Shown: positions 17,992 to 28,936, counted from the stretch's first letter. The stretch is 64,000 nucleotides of DNA from a bacterium (GCA_963676395.1 OY781066.1:192001-256000), one strand, 5' to 3'. The notes: generated by a model not told the origin, from the sequence alone. Translations and numbers: made by a program.

Positions 17992-20271
17992 TTATTTCTT
18001 CTTTTTTTTCTTTTTCTTACCTTCTTCAACGATCTTCATACAAGCTTCGGGAGTAAGTTCTTTCGGTTCAGTGCCTTTGGGAATCTTGTAGTTCTTTTTC
18101 TCAAAAGCAATATAGGGACCATAACGACCATTAAGCACCTGAATACCTTCTTTTTCGAAGTTGTGAATGGTTTTATTTTTATCTTTCTCACGCTTAGCTT
18201 CTATAATCTCGATAGCGCGATCGGGACCGACCTCTGCAGGATTATCGGCTTTGGGAATGGAATAGAATTTGGCTTTATGTTTTACATACGGACCAAAGCG
18301 ACCAAACGCCACCGTCATCGGCTCATCTTCATAATTACCGATGGTTTTAGGGAATGACAATAGATCCAAAGCTTGTGCTAATGTCAATGTATCCAAACGC
18401 TGATCTTCCAACAATGAGGCAAAGCGAGGTTTCTCTTCATCCTGAGACTCACCTACTTGTACCATAGCTCCAAAGCGACCGATCTTTACGTAAATATTCT
18501 TACCGCTTTCGGGATCAACCCCCAAAAGTCTTTCACCTTTGAATGTCTCACTCTTGGCTTTGGTTTCTTCTACCTTCGTATGGAACGGTCTATAGAATTC
18601 ACCGATCATTTCGTGCCATTCACGTTTACCGTCAGCGATCTCATCGAAATCGGCTTCAATATTTGCTGTAAAGTTATAATCTAAAATATCATCAAAGAAC
18701 TTGATCAGGAATTTATTTACCACACGACCGATATCTGTAGGAAATAGCTTGGAACGCACCGCATTCGCTTTTTCCTGTTTGGTCTCCTTATCGACTTGAT
18801 CGTCTTTAAGCGTATAAAAAATATAATCGCGTTCAATACCGTCTTTATTGGCTTTTTCAACATAACCACGTTTTTGAATGGTCGAAATGGTCGGAGCATA
18901 AGTTGAAGGGCGACCAATACCTAATTCTTCCATTTTCTTTACCAACATTGGTTCGGAATAGCGTGAAGGTGGTTGAGTAAACTTTTGGGTCGCATTCATT
19001 TCTTTCATGCCCATTTCCATGCCGGTTTCCATAGGTGGCAAAATCTTGGTTTCATCATCACCGGTTTTGTATACGGCAAGGAAACCCGGAAATGTCACAA
19101 CTTCACCCTTTGCTTCAAATAACTCTTTATTTTTGTCATTGGCTACTTTTACGGTGGTTTTTTCAATGTCTGCAGAAGACATCTGTGACGCCATAGTACG
19201 TTGCCAGATCAACTTATATAAACTTTTCTGATTCTTGTTGTCCCCTGCTTCCATCTTATTCATGTTAGTGGGTCTGATCGCCTCATGCGCTTCCTGAGCA
19301 CCTTTGGCTTTGGTCTTGAATTTTCTTACCTGTGAATACTCTTCGCTAAACAAGTCAAGTACTTGCTCTTTGATCATTGCTAAAGCCACATTTGAAAGAT
19401 TTAAAGAATCCGTACGCATATATGTAATGTGACCGGCTTCATAAAGCTTTTGGGCTAAAACCATGGTTTGTGTTACGGAATATCGCAATTTACGACCGGC
19501 TTCCTGCTGAAGAGTTGATGTAGTAAAAGGTGCCGGCGGATTTTTCTTGGCTTGCTTTTTCTCAATATCGGAAATATGATAAGCTGCACCAATGCAAGAA
19601 TTCAAAAACTTTTCTACATCATCTTCGGATTTAAATCGCTTGCCAACTTCGCCAAGCACTTCGGTACCGTCGGGTAAAACAAATATTGCAGTAACTTTAA
19701 ATGATGTTTCAGTTTCAAATGCTTCAATTTCTTCTTCGCGTTCCACAATCAGTCGAACGGCCACAGATTGCACTCGTCCCGCTGAAAGCGAAGGCTTAAT
19801 CTTTCGCCAAAGCAAAGGAGACAGCTCAAAACCTACCAATCTGTCAAGGACACGCCGTGCCTGCTGAGCATTTACCAACTCAAGATTGATCTTTTGAGGA
19901 TTCTGCACCGCTTCGCGAACAGCATTCTTGGTAATCTCATTAAAGGAAACACGATTAACTTCGGATTCATCTAATCCCAACAATTGAGCGGCATGCCATG
20001 CGATTGCCTCTCCTTCCCTATCAGGGTCAGTCGCAATATAAACATTGTCAGCAGCCTTAACTGCTTTCTTGAGATCAGCGATCACGGCTTTCTTATCGGC
20101 AAGGGCGGCATACTTTGGCTCAAAATTATTTTCGGTATCAATGCCTAATTCTTTTTTGGGAAGATCACGGATATGGCCGACGGTGGCAAGAATATTAAAA
20201 TCGTCACCAAGATACTTTTTAATGGTTTTTGCTTTTGAAGGGGACTCGACAATGATACAATTTTGAGGCAT
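17992..20271 (-). CDS. topA: DNA topoisomerase I
   Basis: IIVESPSKAKTI, ATDPDREGEAI, SAGRVQS, ITYMRTD, GIGRPSTY; C-terminal GRFGPY repeats and poly-Lys tail; start placed at MPQN. Confidence 0.97.
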   Translation of the reverse strand: MPQNCIIVESPSKAKTIKKYLGDDFNILATVGHIRDLPKKELGIDTENNFEPKYAALADKKAVIADLKKAVKAADNVYIATDPDREGEAIAWHAAQLLGLDESEVNRVSFNEITKNAVREAVQNPQKINLELVNAQQARRVLDRLVGFELSPLLWRKIKPSLSAGRVQSVAVRLIVEREEEIEAFETETSFKVTAIFVLPDGTEVLGEVGKRFKSEDDVEKFLNSCIGAAYHISDIEKKQAKKNPPAPFTTSTLQQEAGRKLRYSVTQTMVLAQKLYEAGHITYMRTDSLNLSNVALAMIKEQVLDLFSEEYSQVRKFKTKAKGAQEAHEAIRPTNMNKMEAGDNKNQKSLYKLIWQRTMASQMSSADIEKTTVKVANDKNKELFEAKGEVVTFPGFLAVYKTGDDETKILPPMETGMEMGMKEMNATQKFTQPPSRYSEPMLVKKMEELGIGRPSTYAPTISTIQKRGYVEKANKDGIERDYIFYTLKDDQVDKETKQEKANAVRSKLFPTDIGRVVNKFLIKFFDDILDYNFTANIEADFDEIADGKREWHEMIGEFYRPFHTKVEETKAKSETFKGERLLGVDPESGKNIYVKIGRFGAMVQVGESQDEEKPRFASLLEDQRLDTLTLAQALDLLSFPKTIGNYEDEPMTVAFGRFGPYVKHKAKFYSIPKADNPAEVGPDRAIEIIEAKREKDKNKTIHNFEKEGIQVLNGRYGPYIAFEKKNYKIPKGTEPKELTPEACMKIVEEGKKKKKKKK

Positions 20272-20420
20272 TATATTCCTTTCCAAAAATTTTTGCAAAT
20301 ATATGTATAAATTGCTTGAAAAACAAAGAGGGAAAAAAAAGTGTGATTTCAAACACAATATTTTTTTTATGTTTGAACTTATGTTTTATCGGAATGTACT
20401 ATAAAAATGCCTTTCATATT

Positions 20421-20468
20421 AAAAAAAGAACGGAAGCTAATTTATATGTTCAGACTTCCGTTCTCTTT
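20421..20468 (-). terminator. Intrinsic terminator closing the btuB operon
   Basis: AAAAAAAGAACGGAAG...CTTCCGTTCTCTTT hairpin. Confidence 0.7.
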
Positions 20469-20502
20469 AACACTTTTACACTTTAAGGTAAAGCGTTATC
20501 TA

Positions 20503-23500
20503 CTACTTCTGTAAAGTTATCTTTCTAACGCTAACTTCTCCGGCAGCTTCCATTCGTACAAAGTAAATACCCGATGAATATGTACCGGCATTCCATATAA
20601 TCTCGTGATGTCCTGCCGAAACACTACTATTCAGCAAGGTGGCAATTTTGCGTCCTGCAATATTGTAAACCGAGATCTTTACTTGTGTCGCAGTGGACAT
20701 TGTAAAGGGTATCCTTGTTACAGGATTAAAGGGGTTTGGATATGCAGGTTGCAATTCAGTTGTTTCGGGAATAATCACATCGGCAATTGCATCATCATTT
20801 TCAGGAGTCAACCATGCCAATATTGATCCCGGACAAGCGCCATTTACAGGGAATACGCCCAATTCATTGCCCAGTGAATCCACAATTGCCAATTGGTCGG
20901 GAGCTGCGTAATCGCTTAATCCCATGAACACAATATTGTTAAACGATGCCGCACTATAGATACCCGTATAGTGTCCTAAGGTAGCTGTAGAATCCAACGA
21001 TAGATCCTGATTTAAACGGTATGTCGTAGAACCAAGAACGCGATACACATCATCATTTACAACAAAAAGATCAATTGCCGAATTATCCATACCATGTTCT
21101 TTGATCGTAACTACTGAAGTTGAAAGTTCAATAGATGAAGTTGCCGTGTAGGTATTCCAACTTTCATCATAGTACTGAGATGTTACATAAAGAACACCAT
21201 CTTTCAACAAGATATCTCCGGGATTTGATGCAACGGTATAATTGCTTGAACTTCCATCACTTAGATCAAAATCATAAACCTTTGTACCTGCGCTGTAATC
21301 GCTTAACATATTCTGTGATACATAAAGGTGATTGTTATCCCAAATAAGATCTTCGGGTAAACCGTCCACACTTAGCGTATCTTCGATCACTTCATTTTCA
21401 AGATCGTAAACAAGAACTCCGGGAGTGTTCCAGCAACTGATGTAAGCATTATCGGATTCATCAAAATCAATATATCTCGGTCCTGCATTCGGTAAACTGA
21501 TCTCATGATCATAAACCGGTGCTCCATCACTGATATCAAATACCTTGATCATATTGCTTCCATTTACAACAACATAAAGCTCATTATTGTTAATGTTCAT
21601 AGATTGACCGGTATCGCCCAGAGGATTAACCGAGTTAGCTACAAAACCGACTGAATCGCTATTAAAACTAAACAAACCGGCATCTGACGCGCCGAAATTA
21701 CCTTCCATTAAAACAGCAAGATTTACATTATCGAACAATTCGGGACTAATAACCGTAATGGCACTTTGAACTTCTACTGTATCGCTTCCGTAAGTTCCTT
21801 CGGCAATAAGCGTAACATCGTATTGACCGGTGGAAGTATAGGTCCAAGTGAAATTCTCAGCTGTTGTATCAATAACGCCGTCACTATTTAGATCCCAATG
21901 ATATGCTACAAGAGTTTCAGCACCATTAATTATGGATTGTCCGGTAAATTCAGCTGTAAAAGGAGCCTTGCCATAGTTTTGAGCAATTTCCATGCTAGCC
22001 TCTAATGTAGCTATATATGCTACACCTACGCCATCAAGATCAAATCCCGATGAAGCAAATGCTGTGGGCCAAGGATCGTTAACTTTATGTCCCTGAGAAT
22101 CATAGGTACAATAACCATCTTCAATACATCCGACCGCATCCACGATCCGGACGTGAGTAATGGCATTAATATCTAAGTTGTCTGCGTCACTCAACTCATC
22201 CAAATCAAAGGGCGTCCCATATTTAGTTTTATATTTTCCCGCCAAATTATGAATATACCTACAATCCACCGAGCCAAAACCTCCCACTTGAGAATCTGTA
22301 GGTGTTAAACTAACGGCAGGGAAGCGAACAAAATGTTCACCGTCCGAACTGACCTCTACAAAAGCCAATTCCAAAAAAGTATGACTAAAACTATTTTCAA
22401 ATACTGCAAAGTCGGGACCTTCACCATTGTATAGAGGCGATGCAAAGGTCAAGGTAGCTGTTCCGCCGTCACCCAAACTTACTACGCCGGAATTTGAAGT
22501 TACCGCACCTGTTGCAACATTATCCGACCCATAAGATGCCTTGGCGCCTTCTGGATTTTTAATGCTAACAGGACCGCGTTCAATATTAATACCTGCAGCC
22601 CATGCAATAAATGCGCTACTGTCATACGCCATCGCGCTTGTACCTTCGCTTCCTACAGGACCGGCAAATAGCGATTCAACAACCGTTACCCGATCGTACT
22701 CGGTTAATGTATCAACCAAAGTTTGTCCTTGCGCAATCAGGGTGATATCGTAAACACCTTCTTGCGTATAAGTATATGTCACACTCTCACCCATTGTGTC
22801 GATCACACCGTCTTCATTAAAATCCCATGCATAGCTTGCAACACTTTCTTCACCTGTACAAACGGCTGAAGCAGTGCAAGAAACAGTCAAAGGAATTTCA
22901 CCCGTCGTATTATTTGCAGTCATAGTTGCTTCAAGACTATTCACAACGATCTTGGTAAAACCATATACATAATAATCATATACGATCAAAGCGCCGCCTT
23001 GGGTTACATCGCCATCACATGCGATACCTGCAAACCAATTCCCATAAGTTCCACATCCGGTTGCAAGTCGAACTGAATTATCGGCATCACCGACCGTCCC
23101 ATTCCACATATCTACGGCAGAACCGTTTGAATAATCATTGTATGCATAAATAATATTTCCCGCATCATCAACATCCGTATCAGCGCCACCGGCTGATAAT
23201 GCACTTAGAATTTCGGCATCGGCGCTTGTTAAAAATCCACTTGAATATACAGAATCAATATTATCTGCTGACCAACGGAAAAGTTTTTCATTACTACCAG
23301 AATACGACGCACACACAACGGCACCGCTAGTATCAATTCCAAAACCGCAACCATAGCCACCCACTTCGATGATCTTCACCAAAGAAGCCGTACCGGTGGT
23401 ATCTATCATGTAAATCGTATGTGGATCACTGAAACTTGCAGCTGCGGACACATAAATATTATCATTATAGAACTCAATATCCATAACACCGGGAACTGAC

Positions 23501-23907
23501 ATTACTTCGGTCCATTCTTTGGTATCAATATCAACTGTAAATATGCGGTCATCTGCATTACCTGTACTTGTAAAACCTACCCATACCCTGTTCTCTACGG
23601 GATCTTTGGCTACAAAACTGCAAAAAATAGAAAGCTCGTTGGCCTGGCATGAATCATAATAGGCAACGGGATAACCTAATGTATTTTCCAGGCCATTGAG
23701 CTCAGAATATATATTCGCATACGATACGCCATCGGCACCTGAACCGTTCGCATAATAAATGCCATCCGTGTAATTCACATTGTTAAAAGCATAGTCAGTC
23801 AATACATCAACGGCCGAATAACCGTCTCCGGGAGTGATAGATTCCGTTGCAAACAACAAGCCAATGCTTGCAATCATCAGGAAACAACACTTAACAATTT
23901 TCTTCAT
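20503..23907 (-). CDS. Large secreted multidomain protein: N-terminal beta-rich domain, PKD, BtuH-like domain, PKD, YncE/BtuG-like beta-propeller, Por/T9SS-like CTD
   Basis: Signal peptide; two PKD motifs (WDFNEDG..YTY..GVYDITL; WDLNSDG..GQYDVTL); 'VSLGDGG...DFAVFEN...ELAFVEVSSDG...GFDLDGV' domain; 'EGNF...LGDTGQSM...LYVVVNGSN...PRYI' propeller; AYPNPFNP CTD. Confidence 0.75.
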   Translation of the reverse strand: MKKIVKCCFLMIASIGLLFATESITPGDGYSAVDVLTDYAFNNVNYTDGIYYANGSGADGVSYANIYSELNGLENTLGYPVAYYDSCQANELSIFCSFVAKDPVENRVWVGFTSTGNADDRIFTVDIDTKEWTEVMSVPGVMDIEFYNDNIYVSAAASFSDPHTIYMIDTTGTASLVKIIEVGGYGCGFGIDTSGAVVCASYSGSNEKLFRWSADNIDSVYSSGFLTSADAEILSALSAGGADTDVDDAGNIIYAYNDYSNGSAVDMWNGTVGDADNSVRLATGCGTYGNWFAGIACDGDVTQGGALIVYDYYVYGFTKIVVNSLEATMTANNTTGEIPLTVSCTASAVCTGEESVASYAWDFNEDGVIDTMGESVTYTYTQEGVYDITLIAQGQTLVDTLTEYDRVTVVESLFAGPVGSEGTSAMAYDSSAFIAWAAGINIERGPVSIKNPEGAKASYGSDNVATGAVTSNSGVVSLGDGGTATLTFASPLYNGEGPDFAVFENSFSHTFLELAFVEVSSDGEHFVRFPAVSLTPTDSQVGGFGSVDCRYIHNLAGKYKTKYGTPFDLDELSDADNLDINAITHVRIVDAVGCIEDGYCTYDSQGHKVNDPWPTAFASSGFDLDGVGVAYIATLEASMEIAQNYGKAPFTAEFTGQSIINGAETLVAYHWDLNSDGVIDTTAENFTWTYTSTGQYDVTLIAEGTYGSDTVEVQSAITVISPELFDNVNLAVLMEGNFGASDAGLFSFNSDSVGFVANSVNPLGDTGQSMNINNNELYVVVNGSNMIKVFDISDGAPVYDHEISLPNAGPRYIDFDESDNAYISCWNTPGVLVYDLENEVIEDTLSVDGLPEDLIWDNNHLYVSQNMLSDYSAGTKVYDFDLSDGSSSNYTVASNPGDILLKDGVLYVTSQYYDESWNTYTATSSIELSTSVVTIKEHGMDNSAIDLFVVNDDVYRVLGSTTYRLNQDLSLDSTATLGHYTGIYSAASFNNIVFMGLSDYAAPDQLAIVDSLGNELGVFPVNGACPGSILAWLTPENDDAIADVIIPETTELQPAYPNPFNPVTRIPFTMSTATQVKISVYNIAGRKIATLLNSSVSAGHHEIIWNAGTYSSGIYFVRMEAAGEVSVRKITLQK

Positions 23908-23926
23908 ACAAACTCCTTATTTATAA

Positions 23927-25234
23927 TTACTTTAATAACACTATTTTTTTATTAAATACTGTGTTTTCAACAGCAACATTCACTAAATATACACCCGATG
24001 GCACATCATAGGCATTCCATGAGTATTCCTGCCAATCACTAGTATTTACAGCTATATAACTTTCATGAACACATTTACCTTCAAGTGAAAACACTGAGAT
24101 TCTCGCTATATTTGCTTCGGATAAACGAAAGGGAATACTTACCTGATGATTAAATGGATTTGGATAAGGTGCAGCTAGTTCAAAAGCATCTGCGATCACA
24201 TCATCCACAGCAGATACGGTATCTACAATATTGTAAAAAGCGTAATCTCCGGGAGAGGCACCCACGCTGAATTGACCAAGAAAATCACCCTGAGCATTGT
24301 AACGATACACATAATCCGGAGCAATATAATCATCGGTTAAGCCAAGATAGAAAGTCCCGCTATTCTTTGCCAGACTATAAATAAATAGCGTACTATCCAC
24401 TTGGATAATAGGATCATTTGACGGTTCAAGTGTCGTGGTATCTATGGTGTAAATACCGTTTTGAATGGCATAATAAAGCGTATCATCTTCCAAGATCAAA
24501 TCGCTGCCATTGTATCCTGTTGTCTGCTCCAGATCATTGATCAACACGTCGCCGCTCTGCAGATCGATCTTAGAGAGAGCGATCAAGGCATTCCAATCTT
24601 CATCATATCTTGTACTTCCAACATAAATCACTGAATCGTGATAAACCAAATGTTCCGGACCCGCAGCAACAGTGAATGTTCTGCGAACCGTAGCATCATC
24701 TCGAATATCTATTTCCAATACTTTATTGTTTTTATCATAACTTGTTTTCTCTTCAATCAAACTGACATATAAACTGTCCCCCACTACAAGCAAATCCTCG
24801 GGTTTCCCGTCAGTGTAAATCGTATCAATGGGCATATCATTGTTACGATCCAAAACAAGAATTCCGGGCAACAACCAACAGGAAATATATGCCGCATTAT
24901 CGGTGAATGCGATATAGCGCGGACTCGCATTGGTCAGCAAAATCGTTCGCTCACGACTTTCACCTTCATGCGAAAGGTCCAAAACCTCAATATTATTCGA
25001 ATTATTGCAAACCACATAAAGCTGATCATCATCGATCGTTAGGGATTGTCCCGTATCACCCAAAATACCTCCGGGAAAGCCAACTAGCGACATAGCTGAC
25101 TCACTATAGGACCATAAAGATGCATTTGTAGTCATGTAATTGCCTTCACACAGGACATAAGGTCGTGTTGCTGCAAACAAAGGCATAAAAAAAAGTAATA
25201 AAACTAATGCAAAACGATAGCGAACGGATAACAT
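23927..25234 (-). CDS. Secreted YncE/BtuG-like beta-propeller protein with Por/T9SS-like CTD
   Basis: LCEGNY, LGDTGQSL, LYVVCNNSNNIEV, SPRYIAF, PYPNPFN; AAGGAG RBS before ATG 25234; paralogous to the C-terminal part of 20503-23907. Confidence 0.75.
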   Translation of the reverse strand: MLSVRYRFALVLLLFFMPLFAATRPYVLCEGNYMTTNASLWSYSESAMSLVGFPGGILGDTGQSLTIDDDQLYVVCNNSNNIEVLDLSHEGESRERTILLTNASPRYIAFTDNAAYISCWLLPGILVLDRNNDMPIDTIYTDGKPEDLLVVGDSLYVSLIEEKTSYDKNNKVLEIDIRDDATVRRTFTVAAGPEHLVYHDSVIYVGSTRYDEDWNALIALSKIDLQSGDVLINDLEQTTGYNGSDLILEDDTLYYAIQNGIYTIDTTTLEPSNDPIIQVDSTLFIYSLAKNSGTFYLGLTDDYIAPDYVYRYNAQGDFLGQFSVGASPGDYAFYNIVDTVSAVDDVIADAFELAAPYPNPFNHQVSIPFRLSEANIARISVFSLEGKCVHESYIAVNTSDWQEYSWNAYDVPSGVYLVNVAVENTVFNKKIVLLK

Positions 25235-25248
25235 AGAACTCCTTATCA

Positions 25249-27315
25249 TTACCACTCAAAACTCAAAGTAAATCTCCAGGTTCTTCCCGGCTCAGGATAA
25301 CCCTGGATTGTTTCATAATTCAGATCTGTAATATTGTCAACAGCCAAAACAGGGATCACATCCATGCGTCCCAGCGAAATTCGATAAGCCAAACTTGAAT
25401 TCAATAAAATCGTCGCCGGCAGTTCCGTATCTTCGGGATAACCGTACATTACGATCTTCTTGCCCGTATAAACCGTTTGAAACAAGAAACTGAAGAACCC
25501 GGGGTTCCAGTTGAATACATAAGATCCGCTTCGCTCGGGTACGTAACGCAATGCCTTGCCGTAATTTGAACCTTCGCTCAGGTTAGCGCTGTGTGTTTCA
25601 TTCCACATAAGTTTACCTGAGACATGCCATTGGTCAATAGTGTAATTCAGAGCAAGCTTAAAACCGTTTTGGCGCGCTTCTTGAATGTTCTTGGGTGTCC
25701 AGTACGATGCTTGCGGCATCCAAACGATCAGGTTTTTACTTCGTTTATCATACACACCCCAATCCAGACTGAAAATCTCACTAATGGGCGTGGTTGCAAA
25801 CAAGCTATATGAATATGTCTCTTCCGGCAGAAGATCAGGATTTCCGCCCGGCACCCAATAAAGATCATTGAAAGTGGGATAACGAAATAATTTGGCCGCA
25901 TGTAAGCTCAACTTAGATAAAAATCGAGCTTTAAATGGAAATCTCAGAGATATTTCCCCCGTAGGAATTGGCGAATAAGATGTAATATAATCCAAATGAG
26001 TAGATGCGCTTACGTGTAACCAAGGCAAGACTTCATACTGGCCGGACACAGAAGCCAATATGGTGTTACGAACATATAAGGTATCGCTGTTATTGAGCGT
26101 TTCGTATTTATCTTCAAGAATAAAATTCAATTCGCCCCGATCAAAACTGTAAATATCTTCAAACAATGCATCGTAACTTCTATTTCTGAAGGCCGATTCT
26201 ATAAAAAGGTAGGGATTGTTGTATTCATCAAAAGCATCTCGGAATAACACTTGAGTGTGCCATGTATTGCGGTCACCCGAATGTCCAAATTTACCCGTTA
26301 AAATCCGATAATGATCATTTCGTCTACTCAATATATCTTGCGTACTCCATGTCAAACCCGCCACACCCCTATCTTGATGAGATTCAAGATAATAGGCCCG
26401 ATACCATGTATTATTCTTTAGTATCCCGGACAAACGAGCCGAGACATAATACTGTGCAAAATCGTTGTTTTGTCGGGTATGGACCAAGGTATCAAGAAAA
26501 GTGGTATAGCTGTAATCGCCTTCATCCTGACGATATCCACCCAAAAGATCCAAATTCCAACTTTTACCAATGATAGACATCATGCCATAACTTGAAAGGT
26601 GGCCGAAACTACCCGCACTAAAACTCAAGGCATTAGCTCCCGACCAGGGATCAAAGGCCAAAACGCCATCAATGGCACCGCTGCCATATCGCGCAATATT
26701 TACAGGGATCAAGGAAACACCCGCAATCAGCGGTGAAGGAATTTGGGAAATATCCATTTGTCCGTTTTGCGCGGACGTCAAATCAAAACCCGAGATCAAA
26801 ATTTTTGTATGCGAAGAAGGTCCGCCATCCAAACTTGCGGTGCTTATACCTGCCGGTCCACCGTAAGATTTAATACTTAATCCGGGCAAATGTCTCATTA
26901 ACTGAGAATTATCAACATTCCCCATTTCAAGTGTTTTAAGTGCTGTAGCCTGAATATCTTGTGATAGTTTGTCGTCTTTAAATCCAATCTTCAAAACTTC
27001 ATTCATAGCAATAACGGATAATGGCATACTTATATGCAACCAAGTAATCGAATCGGATAAAACTATATTTACGGGATCGTATGCAATGTGAGAAAATAAA
27101 AGTGTGTCACCGGCTGTTGATTTTTCCAGCTTAAAATATCCGCTGTAATCCGAAAGTACGACTTTCCCGGAATTTAGATTTTTTACATACACATCTCGTA
27201 AAGCAAGTCCCTGCTCTGATATAATACTTCCCTGCCAAGAATTCGCACGCAAAACAGAGACTAAGGCAAGAAATAAAAAAATGTACTTAGATTTTAGTAG
27301 TGAATATTTTCTCAC
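25249..27315 (-). CDS. btuB: TonB-dependent receptor, probable cobalamin transporter
   Basis: Plug-like 'PGLSIKSYGG...SAQNGQMDIS', 'RYPTFNDLYWVPGGNPDLLPE', C-terminal 'YPEPGR...FEW'; directly downstream of a cobalamin riboswitch; GTG start. Confidence 0.85.
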   Translation of the reverse strand: MRKYSLLKSKYIFLFLALVSVLRANSWQGSIISEQGLALRDVYVKNLNSGKVVLSDYSGYFKLEKSTAGDTLLFSHIAYDPVNIVLSDSITWLHISMPLSVIAMNEVLKIGFKDDKLSQDIQATALKTLEMGNVDNSQLMRHLPGLSIKSYGGPAGISTASLDGGPSSHTKILISGFDLTSAQNGQMDISQIPSPLIAGVSLIPVNIARYGSGAIDGVLAFDPWSGANALSFSAGSFGHLSSYGMMSIIGKSWNLDLLGGYRQDEGDYSYTTFLDTLVHTRQNNDFAQYYVSARLSGILKNNTWYRAYYLESHQDRGVAGLTWSTQDILSRRNDHYRILTGKFGHSGDRNTWHTQVLFRDAFDEYNNPYLFIESAFRNRSYDALFEDIYSFDRGELNFILEDKYETLNNSDTLYVRNTILASVSGQYEVLPWLHVSASTHLDYITSYSPIPTGEISLRFPFKARFLSKLSLHAAKLFRYPTFNDLYWVPGGNPDLLPEETYSYSLFATTPISEIFSLDWGVYDKRSKNLIVWMPQASYWTPKNIQEARQNGFKLALNYTIDQWHVSGKLMWNETHSANLSEGSNYGKALRYVPERSGSYVFNWNPGFFSFLFQTVYTGKKIVMYGYPEDTELPATILLNSSLAYRISLGRMDVIPVLAVDNITDLNYETIQGYPEPGRTWRFTLSFEW

Positions 27316-27429
27316 AGAATATCAGAACCGCTTCTAAAAATCGCTAAAACGGTAAAAATATTTTCCCCGGAGATATAACCTTGGAAGAAAAATGACATTC
27401 GTGTACCTTTATCGCGAAGGTTGAACAAA

Positions 27430-27580
27430 CTATGGATATTCCGGCTTAGGGTCTTCCTCTCTCAACGCCTTCCCCTCTTTATTCGAGAGTGGCCTTTGTT
27501 AAGATCGTCACCATCACGGCAGCGCGACTGCGCCTGATTTTCACAGGACTTCCCCACCTTTCAATGAGAAATTATACGGA
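27430..27580 (-). promoter_or_regulatory. Cobalamin riboswitch
   Basis: Minus strand: GGGAAGTCCTGTGAAAATCAGGCGCAGTCGCGCTGCCGTGA...GCCACT...GGGAAGGC...AAGCCGGAATATCC, i.e. the conserved core and B12 box, upstream of the TonB receptor. Confidence 0.9.
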
Positions 27581-27856
27581 CAAAATTCTAAGCATGCAAA
27601 TGATAATTCAAAAGACTTCATATCTCACATGTAAACACAAAGATGCTTACTACTGAAAAATAAACGAAAAGCATAGTTACAATAATAGTCAATACCATTG
27701 TATTAATTTGTACCAATTACCACTAGCTTTGATTCGTTTCGATCTCGGAGTCCCTGTATACCTTTGTGGCATATTTACCCTTGTAGTTTTGTGTGAGATA
27801 TCTTTGATCTAATCTATTGCTGTTGCATTTTAATTATTTTATCCCCAAATTCCCAC

Positions 27857-28846
27857 ATGGCAGGTAGGGAAGCTAAAAACACTTTTACTAAACAGCATGT
27901 CCCGACAGATCTCAAAGATGTCTTTATGACAGCTGTAAAACAAGCATTAAAAGTATCGTGGATGCTGTTAAAAGTATACATACCCATTTCTTTTTTAACT
28001 GCTTTCCTTGATCAAGTAGGTTTTTTAAACCTGATCGAACCATATTTTGAACCCTTAATGAAGTTAGTCGGTTTGCCCGGTCACGCAGCTTTGGTTTTTG
28101 TTGCTGCCTGGGTTAATAACTTATTCGCTGCCATCGCAGCAGCATCGGTAATGGATCTAAGCTTCAGGCAGTTGACGATTATAGCGATTATGACCGGCTT
28201 TGCTCATAACCTTATTCTTGAAACAACGGTATTGGTAAAACTTAAAATGGGTCGCATAGGTATAGCTTTTACTCGTATTGTATTCTCTTTCATCATGGGT
28301 ATGCTACTTAATCTTATTATGCCGGAGGTCATTCACGGTGTAGTCATGAATCCCTTTACGACACCGGCAGAATTTTCCTGGCTGAATCATATATTAAAAG
28401 TTCTCACGACTGCGGGACAGATCATTGCTCTCATGTTTTTCGTCATGTTGGTCTATGAATATCTGCTCTATTGGAATAAAAGTCATATCATTAAAAAGAG
28501 ACTCAGTTTCATTCCCAAATTTTTTGGAATGTCCATAAACGCTTTGGGAGCCTGGTTGGTAGGTTTCTTTATCGGTATCGCATATGGTGCGGGAATTCTC
28601 TTTAAAATGAATGAAGATCATAAACTTACACACAAAGATATTTGCCTTTTAACAATTTCAATGTGCATTGTTCATGCGCTCATTGAAGATACCATCTTCT
28701 ATGTGGTGGTCGGTGCCAATGCATGGTGGATAATCGGGACTCGACTTATTGCCTGGATCATCATATTAAAGTTGATGTCCATCGGAAACGTTTATAAAAA
28801 ATTTATTTGGCTTGGTTTGCCTAAAGAAGTAACAAGTAAAGGATGA
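27857..28846 (+). CDS. Membrane protein with nucleoside-recognition (Gate) domains
   Basis: Two hydrophobic halves with 'PLMKLVGLPG', 'HNLILE', 'GIAYGAG', 'HALIEDT'. Confidence 0.7.
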   Translation: MAGREAKNTFTKQHVPTDLKDVFMTAVKQALKVSWMLLKVYIPISFLTAFLDQVGFLNLIEPYFEPLMKLVGLPGHAALVFVAAWVNNLFAAIAAASVMDLSFRQLTIIAIMTGFAHNLILETTVLVKLKMGRIGIAFTRIVFSFIMGMLLNLIMPEVIHGVVMNPFTTPAEFSWLNHILKVLTTAGQIIALMFFVMLVYEYLLYWNKSHIIKKRLSFIPKFFGMSINALGAWLVGFFIGIAYGAGILFKMNEDHKLTHKDICLLTISMCIVHALIEDTIFYVVVGANAWWIIGTRLIAWIIILKLMSIGNVYKKFIWLGLPKEVTSKG

Positions 28847-28936
28847 CTGATTACTTGCGACGAAAAGTGAGAGCCATAAAGCAAAATCCCTCACACGAAA
28901 ACCAAGTAATCACAAACAACATATATAATGCATAAA

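Noticed and set aside
20342..20357. TGTGA-N6-ACACA CRP-like site upstream of topA
   Set aside because: One half-site mismatch in AT-rich DNA; may be chance.
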